DNA from: Sphingomonas sp. 28-63-12
GTDB taxonomy: Bacteria; Pseudomonadota; Alphaproteobacteria; Sphingomonadales; Sphingomonadaceae
DNA length: 64,000 nucleotides
Strand: one strand, 5' to 3'
NCBI RefSeq assembly: GCF_002281535.1
Contig: NZ_NCGD01000006.1
Shown in pieces: positions 1 through 8,281 of this stretch. A program made the translations under genes and the position numbers. Every line of letters begins with the position of its first letter. The first letter of the stretch is position 1. The notes under the pieces were generated by a model, which saw only the letters and a list, made by a program, of their open reading frames with translations, was not told the origin of the DNA and searched no databases.

Positions 1-400
1 CTTGGGGCTTAAAGGTCTTCGCGAGACCCTTCTGCCGCAGCTCCGTCCCGAGGATCGGTCTCGGTTTTTGTCGACGCCAGGCTGAGCCGGGAAGCGGAGC
101 CTGATGCAGGCGGCTTCCGTGGAATGACCCGGTCGGGGGTCATGGCGCCGCTATCGGTAGAGGGTCGCGCCCCGGCCTTCTGAGAGGGCGACAGAACGGC
201 AAGCGGCCCGGTCGCGCAACGGCTTCAGCGACTATTTTCCGCCGCGGGCCCGCGGGCCCGCTTTGCATCGCGAAGCAAAATAGCCGCCTCCCGCCGTCCT
301 CCGCCGAGGCTCCGGTCCTGCGGATGCGCGCCCGGTCCGCCCGCCGTCTTTCGTCGCCATGAAGGCCGCGGAGGGCGCGGCCAACCGAAGAGGCGACACC

Positions 401-1339
401 ATGACCCCCGACCTTGATCTCCCCGAGGACGAACCCGAACATCAGGAATCCTCGCTCGCCTATCTCCTCCAGGAGCTGGCGCTTTACGGGCACCGGCCCT
501 TCGAGGACGAGGCGGACCCGCGGCCGCTCCCCGAAGCCCGCGCCGTGGAAGGCGCCGCCGCCGACACCTTCGACGCGATGGTCGCCTGCCTGCAGGACAC
601 TCGGCTCGAACCGGACCTTGAAGACCTGCTCTGGGGCTTCACCAATGTCTTCCACCGCGCCGGCGAGCGGATCGAACGCGAGCTGGACAGCAATGAGCAG
701 GCGCAGAAGCGGCTCCAACGGGAGCAGGACGGCAGCGAGGTCAAGTCGGTCGAGCTGGAGCGCGCCCTCGACGAGGGCAAGACGATGCTCGAACGCCGCG
801 ACGCGATGGAAGCGTTCCGCGACGCCTTCGCCGACCAGTTCCGCCTGCATATACGCAAGGCCTGGACCCCGCGCACCGGCTCGAAGGTGAATCGCAAGGC
901 GCTCACTGCGGCGGTGGTCGACAGCCGCGACTTCCTCAACGCAAGGCGCTGGGCCGACAAGCAGGTGCTGATCCCACCGGGCGAGCGAATCTACGTCACC
1001 GGCGGCACGGCCTACAACGACGATCGTTTCATCTGGAGCGTGCTGGACACGGTGCTCGCCAAGCATCCGACGATGGTCTTGATGCACGGCGGCTCGAAGA
1101 GCGGCTCGGAACGCATCGCCGCCTGCTGGGCCGACAGCCGCAAGGTTCCGCAGATCCCCTTCGCGCCCGACTTCGCCAAGCACAGCAAGGCGTCGGCGCC
1201 GTTCAAGCGCAACGACACGGTGCTCGAGACGCTGCCGATCGGCGTGATCGTGTTCCCGGGCGGCGGCATCCAGGACAACCTGTTCGACAAGGCCAAGGCC
1301 CTGGGCATCAAGCGCTGGGATTTCCGGAAGCGGGGCTAA
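401..1339 (+). CDS. DUF2493 (SLOG/YspA-like) domain protein with ~190-aa acidic, coiled-coil-like N-terminal extension
   Basis: ORF 359..1339. The C-terminal part (IYVTGGTAYNDDRFIWSVLD..MVLMHGGSKSGSERIAACWA..VFPGGGIQDNL) fits the DUF2493 pattern common in ICE backbones. ATG 401 is preferred over 359 because GAAGAGG lies 8 nt upstream. Confidence 0.75.
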   Translation: MTPDLDLPEDEPEHQESSLAYLLQELALYGHRPFEDEADPRPLPEARAVEGAAADTFDAMVACLQDTRLEPDLEDLLWGFTNVFHRAGERIERELDSNEQAQKRLQREQDGSEVKSVELERALDEGKTMLERRDAMEAFRDAFADQFRLHIRKAWTPRTGSKVNRKALTAAVVDSRDFLNARRWADKQVLIPPGERIYVTGGTAYNDDRFIWSVLDTVLAKHPTMVLMHGGSKSGSERIAACWADSRKVPQIPFAPDFAKHSKASAPFKRNDTVLETLPIGVIVFPGGGIQDNLFDKAKALGIKRWDFRKRG

Positions 1340-1356
1340 CGCCTCCTTCCAGCTCT

Positions 1357-2640
1357 CTAAGGCTGAAACCGACTACGGTGATGGGCCAGATATTCTCCAT
1401 GACGCGCATCAAGCCCGGTGATGCGCATCGCCGGCTCGAGGCCGAGGCGAGAGCGGTTTTCGTCGGATACCGAGGACGAGATGCACAAACGGCCGTCGTC
1501 TTCGAAGGTGATCAAGTGGCGGTCGAACAGGGCGTCTATATGGGCGCAGAGCAGGATGCCGTTGAAGGGATCGAGGCGCTCGGCGTTGGTTGCCTCGCGC
1601 CAAGCCTTGATGTGAGACGCGCGCAGGAGCGCGGCGTGATCGACGCCAGCCACGGGACACGCACCATTCCAGTAGATCATCAACCGGTCGCGGAACTCGC
1701 CCTGGCCGACCCGAGCGGCTTGGAGCCGCTCGCGCTCGGTCAGCGGATCCTCCTCCGGCGCGACCGCGCGCACGACGCCCTCGGGCGTCGGGATTGTGGC
1801 GCTCCGCTCCAGCAGATCGAGCAATGCGCCGAGCCGGGTTGCGCCGACGCCGACAGCGAAGCCGTGGCGACCTTCGGTTGCGCGATGATCGGCGTGATAG
1901 GCTGGAAAGGCGCGCAAGTTGCTGTTGACATAGCTCCGCGCGGGAACGGGAACCTCCACACCGATCGCGCGAAGCTCTTCGGCAATATCGACGAAGTGCG
2001 GGTGGATGACGAGCGGCCGCGCCTCAGTCTCACGTTTCACATAGACGACGAGATCGCCGCGGCGCAGCTGGACGAGCTTTTTGGTCGCCCGCGTCCGCGC
2101 GAACCCGTGGCGCTCGAGCGCCGCCACCAGCGCGTCACCGGTCAACAGCGCAGCTGGCGTCGCTGGCTGCTGGGCCGATATCCGCAGCGTTAGCCCCTCG
2201 GCTTTTCGCGCCCAACTCCGCCGATTCTCGGAGGGCCAATCGACACGAAGAACTCCAGCGTGCTCGGCGAGATCGGCGCGCGGCTGCGTCGTGAAGATGT
2301 CCACGGCTTCGCCATCGCCGGGCTCGTCACCGCGATAGTCGCAGAGCCAGTCGGCCTTGCGGGTCTCCGACAGCGTCGCATCGAACAGTCCGATGAACAT
2401 GGTCTCATCGGGAGCCGGGCACACGAAGGCGGCCCAGATTTTGCGCTGTCGGAAGAGCGGTCGTCCTGATTCCTGTGTCGCCTGATAGCGCGTGAAGCCA
2501 ACGGCGTCGGCGCGCCACAAATCGTGCAGCGTGGCGAAGTCCTTGCCGCGTTCTGGCGTGTGATGGCGGATGATGCAGACATCTGCGGGCTTGATCCCCG
2601 CCGTCATCAGAAGGTCGTTGAACGTCCCCGCCACGGTCAA
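1357..2640 (-). CDS. HNH nuclease (HNH_2-type C-terminal domain) with ~300 aa of unrecognised N-terminal domains
   Basis: 427-aa ORF. The C-terminus QGEFRDRL..CPVAGVDHAALLRASHIKAW..DPFNGILLCAHIDALFDRHLITF is the HNH_2 signature. The start is uncertain: TTG 2640 overlaps the upstream stop as TTGA; GTG 2634 and ATG 2607 are alternatives. Confidence 0.7.
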   Translation of the reverse strand: MTVAGTFNDLLMTAGIKPADVCIIRHHTPERGKDFATLHDLWRADAVGFTRYQATQESGRPLFRQRKIWAAFVCPAPDETMFIGLFDATLSETRKADWLCDYRGDEPGDGEAVDIFTTQPRADLAEHAGVLRVDWPSENRRSWARKAEGLTLRISAQQPATPAALLTGDALVAALERHGFARTRATKKLVQLRRGDLVVYVKRETEARPLVIHPHFVDIAEELRAIGVEVPVPARSYVNSNLRAFPAYHADHRATEGRHGFAVGVGATRLGALLDLLERSATIPTPEGVVRAVAPEEDPLTERERLQAARVGQGEFRDRLMIYWNGACPVAGVDHAALLRASHIKAWREATNAERLDPFNGILLCAHIDALFDRHLITFEDDGRLCISSSVSDENRSRLGLEPAMRITGLDARHGEYLAHHRSRFQP

Positions 2641-2942
2641 GCCCGCCGCAGCGTTGCTCGGCCGCCGTTGGCGAGACCCTCGATCTCAGCGAGCGTAAGG
2701 ACGTAGCTCGGGATATATCGCAGCCCGGCATCGAGGGCGTCGGCAATAGACCAGATGACAAGGCCGGCGCTCGACCCGAACTCGGGCGCGGCCACCCTTT
2801 GGCCCTCGGCCTCGCGAACGACCAGACCGGGCGGGCCGGGATACACTTCCGCCTCAGGCGTGTTGAACCCGGTCGGGATATCGACCCCGAAGTGCGCTGC
2901 GATTTCTTCCGCGCTCTTCCTGACAGTGTAGAGACTGCACAT
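2637..2942 (-). pseudogene. Truncated SOS-response-associated peptidase (SRAP/DUF159, YedK-like): N-terminal ~50 aa only, then unrelated read-through
   Basis: It starts MCSLYTVRKSAEEIAAHFGV..EVYPGPPGLVVRE, with the catalytic Cys2 and conserved N-terminal SRAP pattern. Similarity stops near residue 50 and no RWG motif follows. The ORF is 101 aa, whereas SRAP proteins are about 200+ aa. Confidence 0.55.
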
Positions 2943-3038
2943 GGCGCGGGCATAGCACGGAATGCCTGCTGGCTCGAATGGCCATGTTCGCCTTAAAGGT
3001 CAGCGCGACAGGTCGACAGGGACAGGAGACATTCGACG

Positions 3039-3449
3039 ATGGTCATCATCATGGTGCATTGGCTGATCAAGAAGGGATTTAGCCACGAGCAGAAGTTCAA
3101 GGAGACTTGGGCCAGGATGACGATCCAGCCCAATACTGGGCTCTATCGCGAAATGCTCACGACCGTGGAGTTGGATAGCGACCCGAAGTTCAACACCTTC
3201 AGCCTTACGGATGAGGCATACACGACCTTCATCAACATTGGCATTTGGAAGGATCTGGCGAGTTTCGACGAGGCCGTGGGGAAATACATCATGGCGCCTG
3301 AGCGCCGGGCGCCGATCGCTAAGCCGGACACTGAGATGAACGCGATCTACCTGCAAGACTTCGAGTTCAAGGTGCGCGAACGCGTGATCCTCTCTAAAGT
3401 GCTGGACCGTAAGGGCGCCCTCGAATTTCCGGAGGCCGATCTGAGCTAG
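3039..3449 (+). CDS. Hypothetical protein, possibly dimeric alpha/beta-barrel (ABM-like) fold
   Basis: 136-aa ORF in a visibly lower-GC patch, with AGGAG about 10 nt upstream. The N-terminus (VIIMVHWLIKKGFSHEQKFKETW) resembles ABM-domain starts. This is a weak assignment. Confidence 0.45.
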   Translation: MVIIMVHWLIKKGFSHEQKFKETWARMTIQPNTGLYREMLTTVELDSDPKFNTFSLTDEAYTTFINIGIWKDLASFDEAVGKYIMAPERRAPIAKPDTEMNAIYLQDFEFKVRERVILSKVLDRKGALEFPEADLS

Positions 3450-4305
3450 CGCGGAGCGACCCGAATCCTCGGCATCGCGGTCGGCGATCCTCGGCTGGGC
3501 GTTGGGCCATCAGGCGGCCACGGATTACGCCTTGCTCTATGGTGTCGGACGCCTCGTTGGAACGCTGGCGCTATTGGGCTTGCCGACTCTGATTGCGTCG
3601 ATCGGCTGGCGCGGCTTTTACCTTGTCAGCGCCGCTGCCGTCGTCTGTTCAGTCGGCTACTTCATTGCCAGACCGAAAGTGGGATCGGCGTGTCCGCGTG
3701 GAACGCTTGGCTCGCTCTCTGACGTCCCCTAGGTCGCCATCGGGCGCCGAGTGATCTGACACCCCGCCGAGGCTCGCCGCTTGGCTTCAGCCAAGAATGG
3801 CGGGCGCGCCAGCGGCCGAGGCCGACCGAGGCGGACAAGGCGGGGCTCGACGCACGTCGCATCAATGGCGACATCAACGCCCTTGGCCAGCGGATCGCCC
3901 ATGCGCCGGGTCAGCGCGACTACGCGACCGTGCGGATCGATACCGATCGCGGCGAGCGTTGGTTCTGCACCATGACGGCAGCGCGCGCCGCCGGCTGGCG
4001 GCGAGTTGTTCGCTAGGCCCGTGTCCCGGCTTCCGGCGGAGGCTCATCTAGCGGCGTGACCGGAAGGTCGAGCCCTCCGTTATAGCGCCCGCCTGAGCGA
4101 GAGCGTCGTGGCCAGAGGTCAGGACGCCTTCCGGCATCTCGAAAACCAGCCCCTCATTTGGCGCCTTCTACGGCGCTCGGCCGGCTAGTGCCGTCAACCC
4201 CGCAAGGGGGTTCCCCTTCGCTGACGCTGCGGTGACGACGCCGTCCGGCGCCTTCGTGTCGACGCCATCGGGGATGGTCCCCGAGACACCGAAGGAGATT
4301 TTGAC

Positions 4306-4626
4306 ATGGCCACCATCGCAACCCTCACCGCCAAGCAGGACGGCAGCCTGGACGGCACGCTCGCCACCCTCAACGTCACCGCCGCGATCTCGATGATCCC
4401 GAACGGCAGCAAGCGGAAGGAGAACGAGCCAGACTTCCGCATCATCAGCCGCAAGAACGGCTTCGAGGTCGGCGCCGGCTGGAACCGCCGCAACACCCGC
4501 GACGGCGGCGAATATGTCTCGGTCACGCTGTCCGCGCCGGAGTTCGGCACCATCTACGGCAACCTCGCCTCGGCCCCCGGCGATGACCCCGCCAAGAAGG
4601 TCATCATCTGGAACCCGCCCGCCTGA
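4306..4626 (+). CDS. DUF736 domain protein (copy 1)
   Basis: MATIATL..GTLATL..PDFRII..EVGAGW..EYVSVTLSAPEF..IIWNPP pattern; GAAGGAG SD. Confidence 0.85.
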   Translation: MATIATLTAKQDGSLDGTLATLNVTAAISMIPNGSKRKENEPDFRIISRKNGFEVGAGWNRRNTRDGGEYVSVTLSAPEFGTIYGNLASAPGDDPAKKVIIWNPPA

Positions 4627-4636
4627 CCGCCGCGAC

Positions 4637-4661
4637 CCGGCCCCGCCGACGGCGGGGCCGG
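4637..4661 (+). terminator. GC-rich hairpin after DUF736 copy 1 (possible terminator/attenuator; no U-tract)
   Basis: CCGGCCCCGCC-GAC-GGCGGGGCCGG, a perfect 11-bp stem starting 11 nt after the stop codon. Confidence 0.3.
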
Positions 4662-4706
4662 CCTCGATGACGAGCGGGGCGACCCGCTCCATTTGGGAGC
4701 CGACCA

Positions 4707-4871
4707 ATGTCCCTCAACATCGCCCAGCGCTACGCCTGGAACCTCGCCAAAACGCTCATGGTCGAGATCACCTTGTTCGCGACCCCGAGCGGCTACGCCG
4801 CGGTGCCAAGCGCAGAATTTGAAGGCGACGCCGACAGCGTCGTTCGCGAATATGATCCGTTCGCCCGCTAG
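4707..4871 (+). CDS. Small hypothetical protein (54 aa)
   Basis: ATG is preceded by GGGAG 8 nt upstream. Translation is MSLNIAQRYAWNLAKTLMVEITLFATPSGYAAVPSAEFEGDADSVVREYDPFAR. It falls below the ORF-track cutoff, and I translated it by hand. Confidence 0.4.
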   Translation: MSLNIAQRYAWNLAKTLMVEITLFATPSGYAAVPSAEFEGDADSVVREYDPFAR

Positions 4872-5012
4872 GCCGAGCACGACCAACGGCGGCGCCCGGC
4901 AAGTCCGACAGGCTTTCCGGGCGCCGCCCATTTGTGCTATATTCAACTCGCAGATTGCGCTGTGGTGGTGGTGGAGAGCGCGTCCCGAAATCCGTTCGTC
5001 ACGGAGGACGCC

Positions 5013-5456
5013 ATGATCCTTGCCCTCATCCTTGCCGGCATCGCGGTTATCTTCGCCTGCTGGCTTCTCTTCACGCTCGCAACGCTCGCCTTGCCGACTT
5101 TCGCCGCCATCTCCGTCGGCCTATGGGCCCATGCCCACGGTGCGGGCGTCATTGGCGCGCTGGCGGGCGGCCTCGTCGCAGGCGTCCTCACCCTGCTGGC
5201 CGGCCAGCTCCTCTTCGCTCTGTTCCGCTCACCGCTATGGCGGTTGGCGATCGCCCTGCTGTTCGCCCTCCCGGCTGCGATCGCAGGGTATCACGCGGTC
5301 CACGGCATCACCGGAATGGGTGTCGAGTCCGAGGCCTGGCGGCAGGCGCTTGGCGTCGTCGGCGCGCTGTTCGTCGGTGGCTCGGCATGGCTGCGGCTGG
5401 CCGGCGGCGGCGAGGTCGTGCGCCGGATCGAGCAAACGTCTCCGTCGGTCGGCTAG
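5013..5456 (+). CDS. Hypothetical integral membrane protein (about 4 TM segments)
   Basis: ORF 4932..5456. ATG 5013 has GGAGGA 4 nt upstream. The sequence is almost entirely hydrophobic Ala/Gly/Leu-rich helices. Confidence 0.55.
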   Translation: MILALILAGIAVIFACWLLFTLATLALPTFAAISVGLWAHAHGAGVIGALAGGLVAGVLTLLAGQLLFALFRSPLWRLAIALLFALPAAIAGYHAVHGITGMGVESEAWRQALGVVGALFVGGSAWLRLAGGGEVVRRIEQTSPSVG

Positions 5457-5787
5457 AGACAGTGTCCTGATCGAGGGGCGCGCTTCGCCTTGAAGAGTCC
5501 GGCATGAAGGCAGGGCCGCTCTGTCCATTGCCTGTCGCGGTCCGCACCCATCACGGCCTCTTTGACGGCTGATCTGCCCGGGGTCGCCTGCGGCTCGATC
5601 GACTGGCCGCAACGGCGCGCGCCGACTTTCTTCCCCTGATCTTCGATCATTCCTCGCGAGACAAGAAACTCGTCCCGCGCCGTCCTCCGCGGCGCTGCGG
5701 GCTGCGCTGCGGCGTCAATCGTCCCCGGCCTCGTGATCGCCATCGAGGCCGCGATGGGCGCGGTCCGAAACGACAAGGAACTTCATC

Positions 5788-6111
5788 ATGGCGACCATCG
5801 GAACCTTCAAGAAGACCGGCGACGAGTTCAAGGGCTCGATCACCACCCTCAGCGTTCAGGCCAAGAACGTCCGGCTCGTGCCGGAGACGAACAGCAGCTC
5901 GGACAAGGCCCCCTCCCACCGGCTCTACGTCGGCGACGCCGAGATCGGCGCGGCCTGGAAGAACGCGGGCAATGGCGACAAGCGCCCGACCTACTCGGTC
6001 AAGCTCGACGATCCCAGCTTCACCGCTCCGGTCCACGCCCTGCTGGTCGAGCGGCAGGACGGCGACTTCGACCTGATCTGGACCCGCCCCGCCAAGCGCC
6101 GCGGCCGATGA
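5788..6111 (+). CDS. DUF736 domain protein (copy 2)
   Basis: MATIGTF..GSITTL..PSHRLYV..EIGAAW..TYSVKLDDPSF..LIWTRP; AAGGA SD. Confidence 0.85.
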   Translation: MATIGTFKKTGDEFKGSITTLSVQAKNVRLVPETNSSSDKAPSHRLYVGDAEIGAAWKNAGNGDKRPTYSVKLDDPSFTAPVHALLVERQDGDFDLIWTRPAKRRGR

Positions 6112-6120
6112 AGCGAAAAG

Positions 6121-6150
6121 GCCCCGCCCGGGAGACCGGGCGGGGCTTTC
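6121..6150 (+). terminator. Rho-independent terminator after DUF736 copy 2
   Basis: GCCCCGCCCGG-GAGA-CCGGGCGGGGC, a perfect 11-bp stem, followed by TTTCTCGTG. Confidence 0.6.
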
Positions 6151-6178
6151 TCGTGTCTGCGGAAGCGCGTAAATACGA

Positions 6179-6213
6179 TTCCCTAGTATGCTGGGTGGCA
6201 GTATACTAGGGAA
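6179..6213. promoter_or_regulatory. Perfect 11-bp inverted repeat (TTCCCTAGTAT-N13-ATACTAGGGAA) 18 nt upstream of the XRE gene; candidate operator
   Basis: Read directly from the sequence. Its position between a terminator and the HTH gene start suggests autoregulation. Confidence 0.4.
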
Positions 6214-6230
6214 CAAGCGACCTCCCGTGC

Positions 6231-6443
6231 ATGAGATTACGGGAGATCGTGGCGAAGAATCTGCGTCGGCTTAGGCGTGAGAAGGGCGTGTCGCAGGAGG
6301 AGTTGGCCGATCGTGCTGGCCTCAACCGCAACTATCCTGGGCTTCTCGAGCGCGAGCAGTATGCCGCGACAGTCGACGTGCTCGAAAAACTGGCCGCCGC
6401 TCTGGATATCGACCCGGTGGAGTTCTTCCGCAAGAATAGTTAA
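6231..6443 (+). CDS. XRE-family helix-turn-helix transcriptional regulator
   Basis: 70 aa; LREIVAKNLRRLRREKGVSQEELADRAGLNRNY is a classic HTH_3 motif. Confidence 0.8.
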   Translation: MRLREIVAKNLRRLRREKGVSQEELADRAGLNRNYPGLLEREQYAATVDVLEKLAAALDIDPVEFFRKNS

Positions 6444-6574
6444 CGGATTTCGCGCCGATTCGGATGTATTCGGCGGCACCGTGGTGCATCACGCCTTTGG
6501 GCGTGCGTCAGCCGCTGCGGCCGTGCTGATCGCCGCTCGGAGTCACAACGATTCTCCCGGCAAGGGGAGAACGC

Positions 6575-6931
6575 ATGCCGCGGGAGGGGACGACCTTGGC
6601 GCGCCGCGACGCGAGCGAATTTCAGCGTCCGCCCCCGTCGACCGAGCACATGCGGGATCGTAGCCGAATGACCCAACCTGCCTTCCAAGACGAGCCGCCC
6701 ACATCCCCGGCAGTCACCGCTTACGACGAAAGCCATTTGGTCACTTATCTGCGGATTCTCGACGCCGCCACCGAGCAGGCCGACTGGCGCGATGTCGTGC
6801 GGCTGGTGTTCGGCCTCGACCCCGAGCGGGATCCAGAACGAACCAAGAAGATCTATGATAGTCATCTCGCCCGAGCCCGCTGGATGACGGAATGCGGGTA
6901 TCGCGACCTGGTCGCGAAAGGCCGCAGTTAA
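6575..6931 (+). CDS. Conserved ICE hypothetical protein, regulator-like (helical C-terminal domain reminiscent of DUF2285-type proteins)
   Basis: GGGGAG lies 5 nt upstream of ATG 6575. The motif YLRILDAATEQADWRDVVRLVFGLDPERDPERTKKIYDSHLARARWMTECGYRDL is present. Family assignment is from memory only. Confidence 0.5.
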   Translation: MPREGTTLARRDASEFQRPPPSTEHMRDRSRMTQPAFQDEPPTSPAVTAYDESHLVTYLRILDAATEQADWRDVVRLVFGLDPERDPERTKKIYDSHLARARWMTECGYRDLVAKGRS

Positions 6932-7075
6932 GGTTAACCTACGTAAAAGGCACAGGATATTACGTTCTCAGTTCTACCTGAACGCGAATAGCTCCAGTCA
7001 TTCGCCGGACCTTCCACATCACCTCCATCTCGTGATGGTGGACTCGGGGGCATCCATAAGAAGCTGGAGAGACCC

Positions 7076-7859
7076 GTGTCGAAAGGTAGTGCCTGGCGGT
7101 CCTCGTCGATCGCGCAAGATTTTGCAGATCATCAGTATCCCGATTTCGCGCAGGAGTTCCTGCGCCGCAATCCTGACTATCGTCGCGACTATCGGCGGGT
7201 CGCCCGCCAGATCGCCGAAGGCCGGATGACGCCCGGCAACGCATCGGACGCGGTCAGCAAATGGGGGTTGGTCTTTCGCCTGCGATCCTGATGCCTCCCC
7301 GATCAGCGCGCCAGCCATCTGGCGCCCGGAACTCTATCCCGCGACGCTGCCACTCGACGCCGCACCGTCCGACTATGATGATGTTCCGCCGCTGGATGTC
7401 GCCGGCGCCGGACCAATCCTAGCGGATGGCCCGACAGCGGCGGGCCGACACCTCGTCATCGAAGATCCCGATGGCGATCATCGGCTCTGGTTGCGCGCCG
7501 CGCCCCGAGCGCCGGTGGCGATAGTCCTTCCGCTCGACGATGATTTCGAGCTGCGCCTGGGAGCCGCCGCCCGTCTTTTTCGCCGGCTGCGTGGTCTCAA
7601 CGGCGGCCCGATGCCGCCGCGTCTTGCCGTGACGCGCTTCCAACGGCTGCGACTTACGTTGCTGCTCAACGTGTTCGACCACCTTGGCGGCGGCGCGAGC
7701 AAGCGAGAGATCGCCCGCGACCTCATCTATCCCGGCCTTGAGCCTGCTTCTGCTGCCGAATGGAAAGCGTCGGCTGAGCGTCGCAGAACGCAGCGCCTGT
7801 GCGACGAGGCCAAGGCGATGGTGGCCGCAGGCTACCGCCGCCTGCTCCGCGGGCGATGA
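7076..7859 (+). pseudogene. DUF6499 + DUF2285 transcriptional-regulator-like gene split by a frameshift near 7272-7278
   Basis: ORF 7076..7291 carries the DUF6499 motif (FAQEFLRRNPDYRRDYRR..KWGLVF). The +1 frame is open from 7230 with no start codon until TTG 7491. It continues through the DUF2285-like C-terminus (LRLTLLLNVFDHLGGGASKREIARDLI..GYRRLLRG). Confidence 0.6.
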
Positions 7860-8006
7860 GCAAAACACCGCCCACGGTCCTCTGTGGGGGGACATTTTCA
7901 GGCCTGCTCATTCAGCCGCTCCGGCCACCAGCCGATCCTTCGCCACAATCACCCCTGCATCCCCGCCGGCGCCCGCAAGTGACCGGCGACTTGCAGGAGA
8001 ACGATC

Positions 8007-8273
8007 ATGCAGCTTGCTGTCGCGGCGATTACGCCGCGCTTCCTCAAGACCCCGGACGCTGCCGTCCATCTCGGACTGTCCGCCCGCACGCTGGAGAAAC
8101 ATCGGTGCTTCGGCACCGGGCCCGTGTTCCGCAAGCTGGGCGGCCGCATCGTCTATGCGATCGAGGACCTCGACGCCTGGGCGGCGCTCGGCGCCCGCAA
8201 CTCGACCAGCGATCCCGGCAACGGTGTCGTCCATCCGGCCAAGCGTCGGCCGACCGACGTCGTGCGGCGCTGA
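8007..8273 (+). CDS. Helix-turn-helix DNA-binding protein (MerR/AlpA/excisionase-type)
   Basis: 88 aa; FLKTPDAAVHLGLSARTLEKHRCFGTGPVFRKLGGRIVYAIEDLDAW; AGGAGA SD. Confidence 0.7.
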   Translation: MQLAVAAITPRFLKTPDAAVHLGLSARTLEKHRCFGTGPVFRKLGGRIVYAIEDLDAWAALGARNSTSDPGNGVVHPAKRRPTDVVRR

Positions 8274-8281
8274 CCCCGCCG

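Noticed and set aside
140-1183. 347-aa minus-strand ORF
   Set aside because: It is antisense to the DUF2493 gene. Its Arg/Ala/Gly-rich low-complexity composition is typical of shadow frames in high-GC DNA, and it has no motifs or SD.
5453-5776. 107-aa minus-strand ORF in the 330-bp gap before DUF736 copy 2
   Set aside because: The internal ATG has GAGGA directly abutting it, which is poor spacing. The composition is shadow-like and the family is unrecognised. I left it unannotated.
7230-7291. Programmed +1 ribosomal frameshift joining the two halves of the DUF6499/DUF2285 gene
   Set aside because: The overlap window has no known slippery context: no CUU-UGA-type site and no upstream internal SD at the right distance. 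A simple indel in the T-run or an assembly error is more parsimonious.
7799-8281. N-terminal 161-aa extension of the RepA ORF
   Set aside because: The extension is Arg/Pro-rich and overlaps the well-supported HTH gene 8007..8273 in another frame. The conserved RepA N-terminus begins at ATG 8282.
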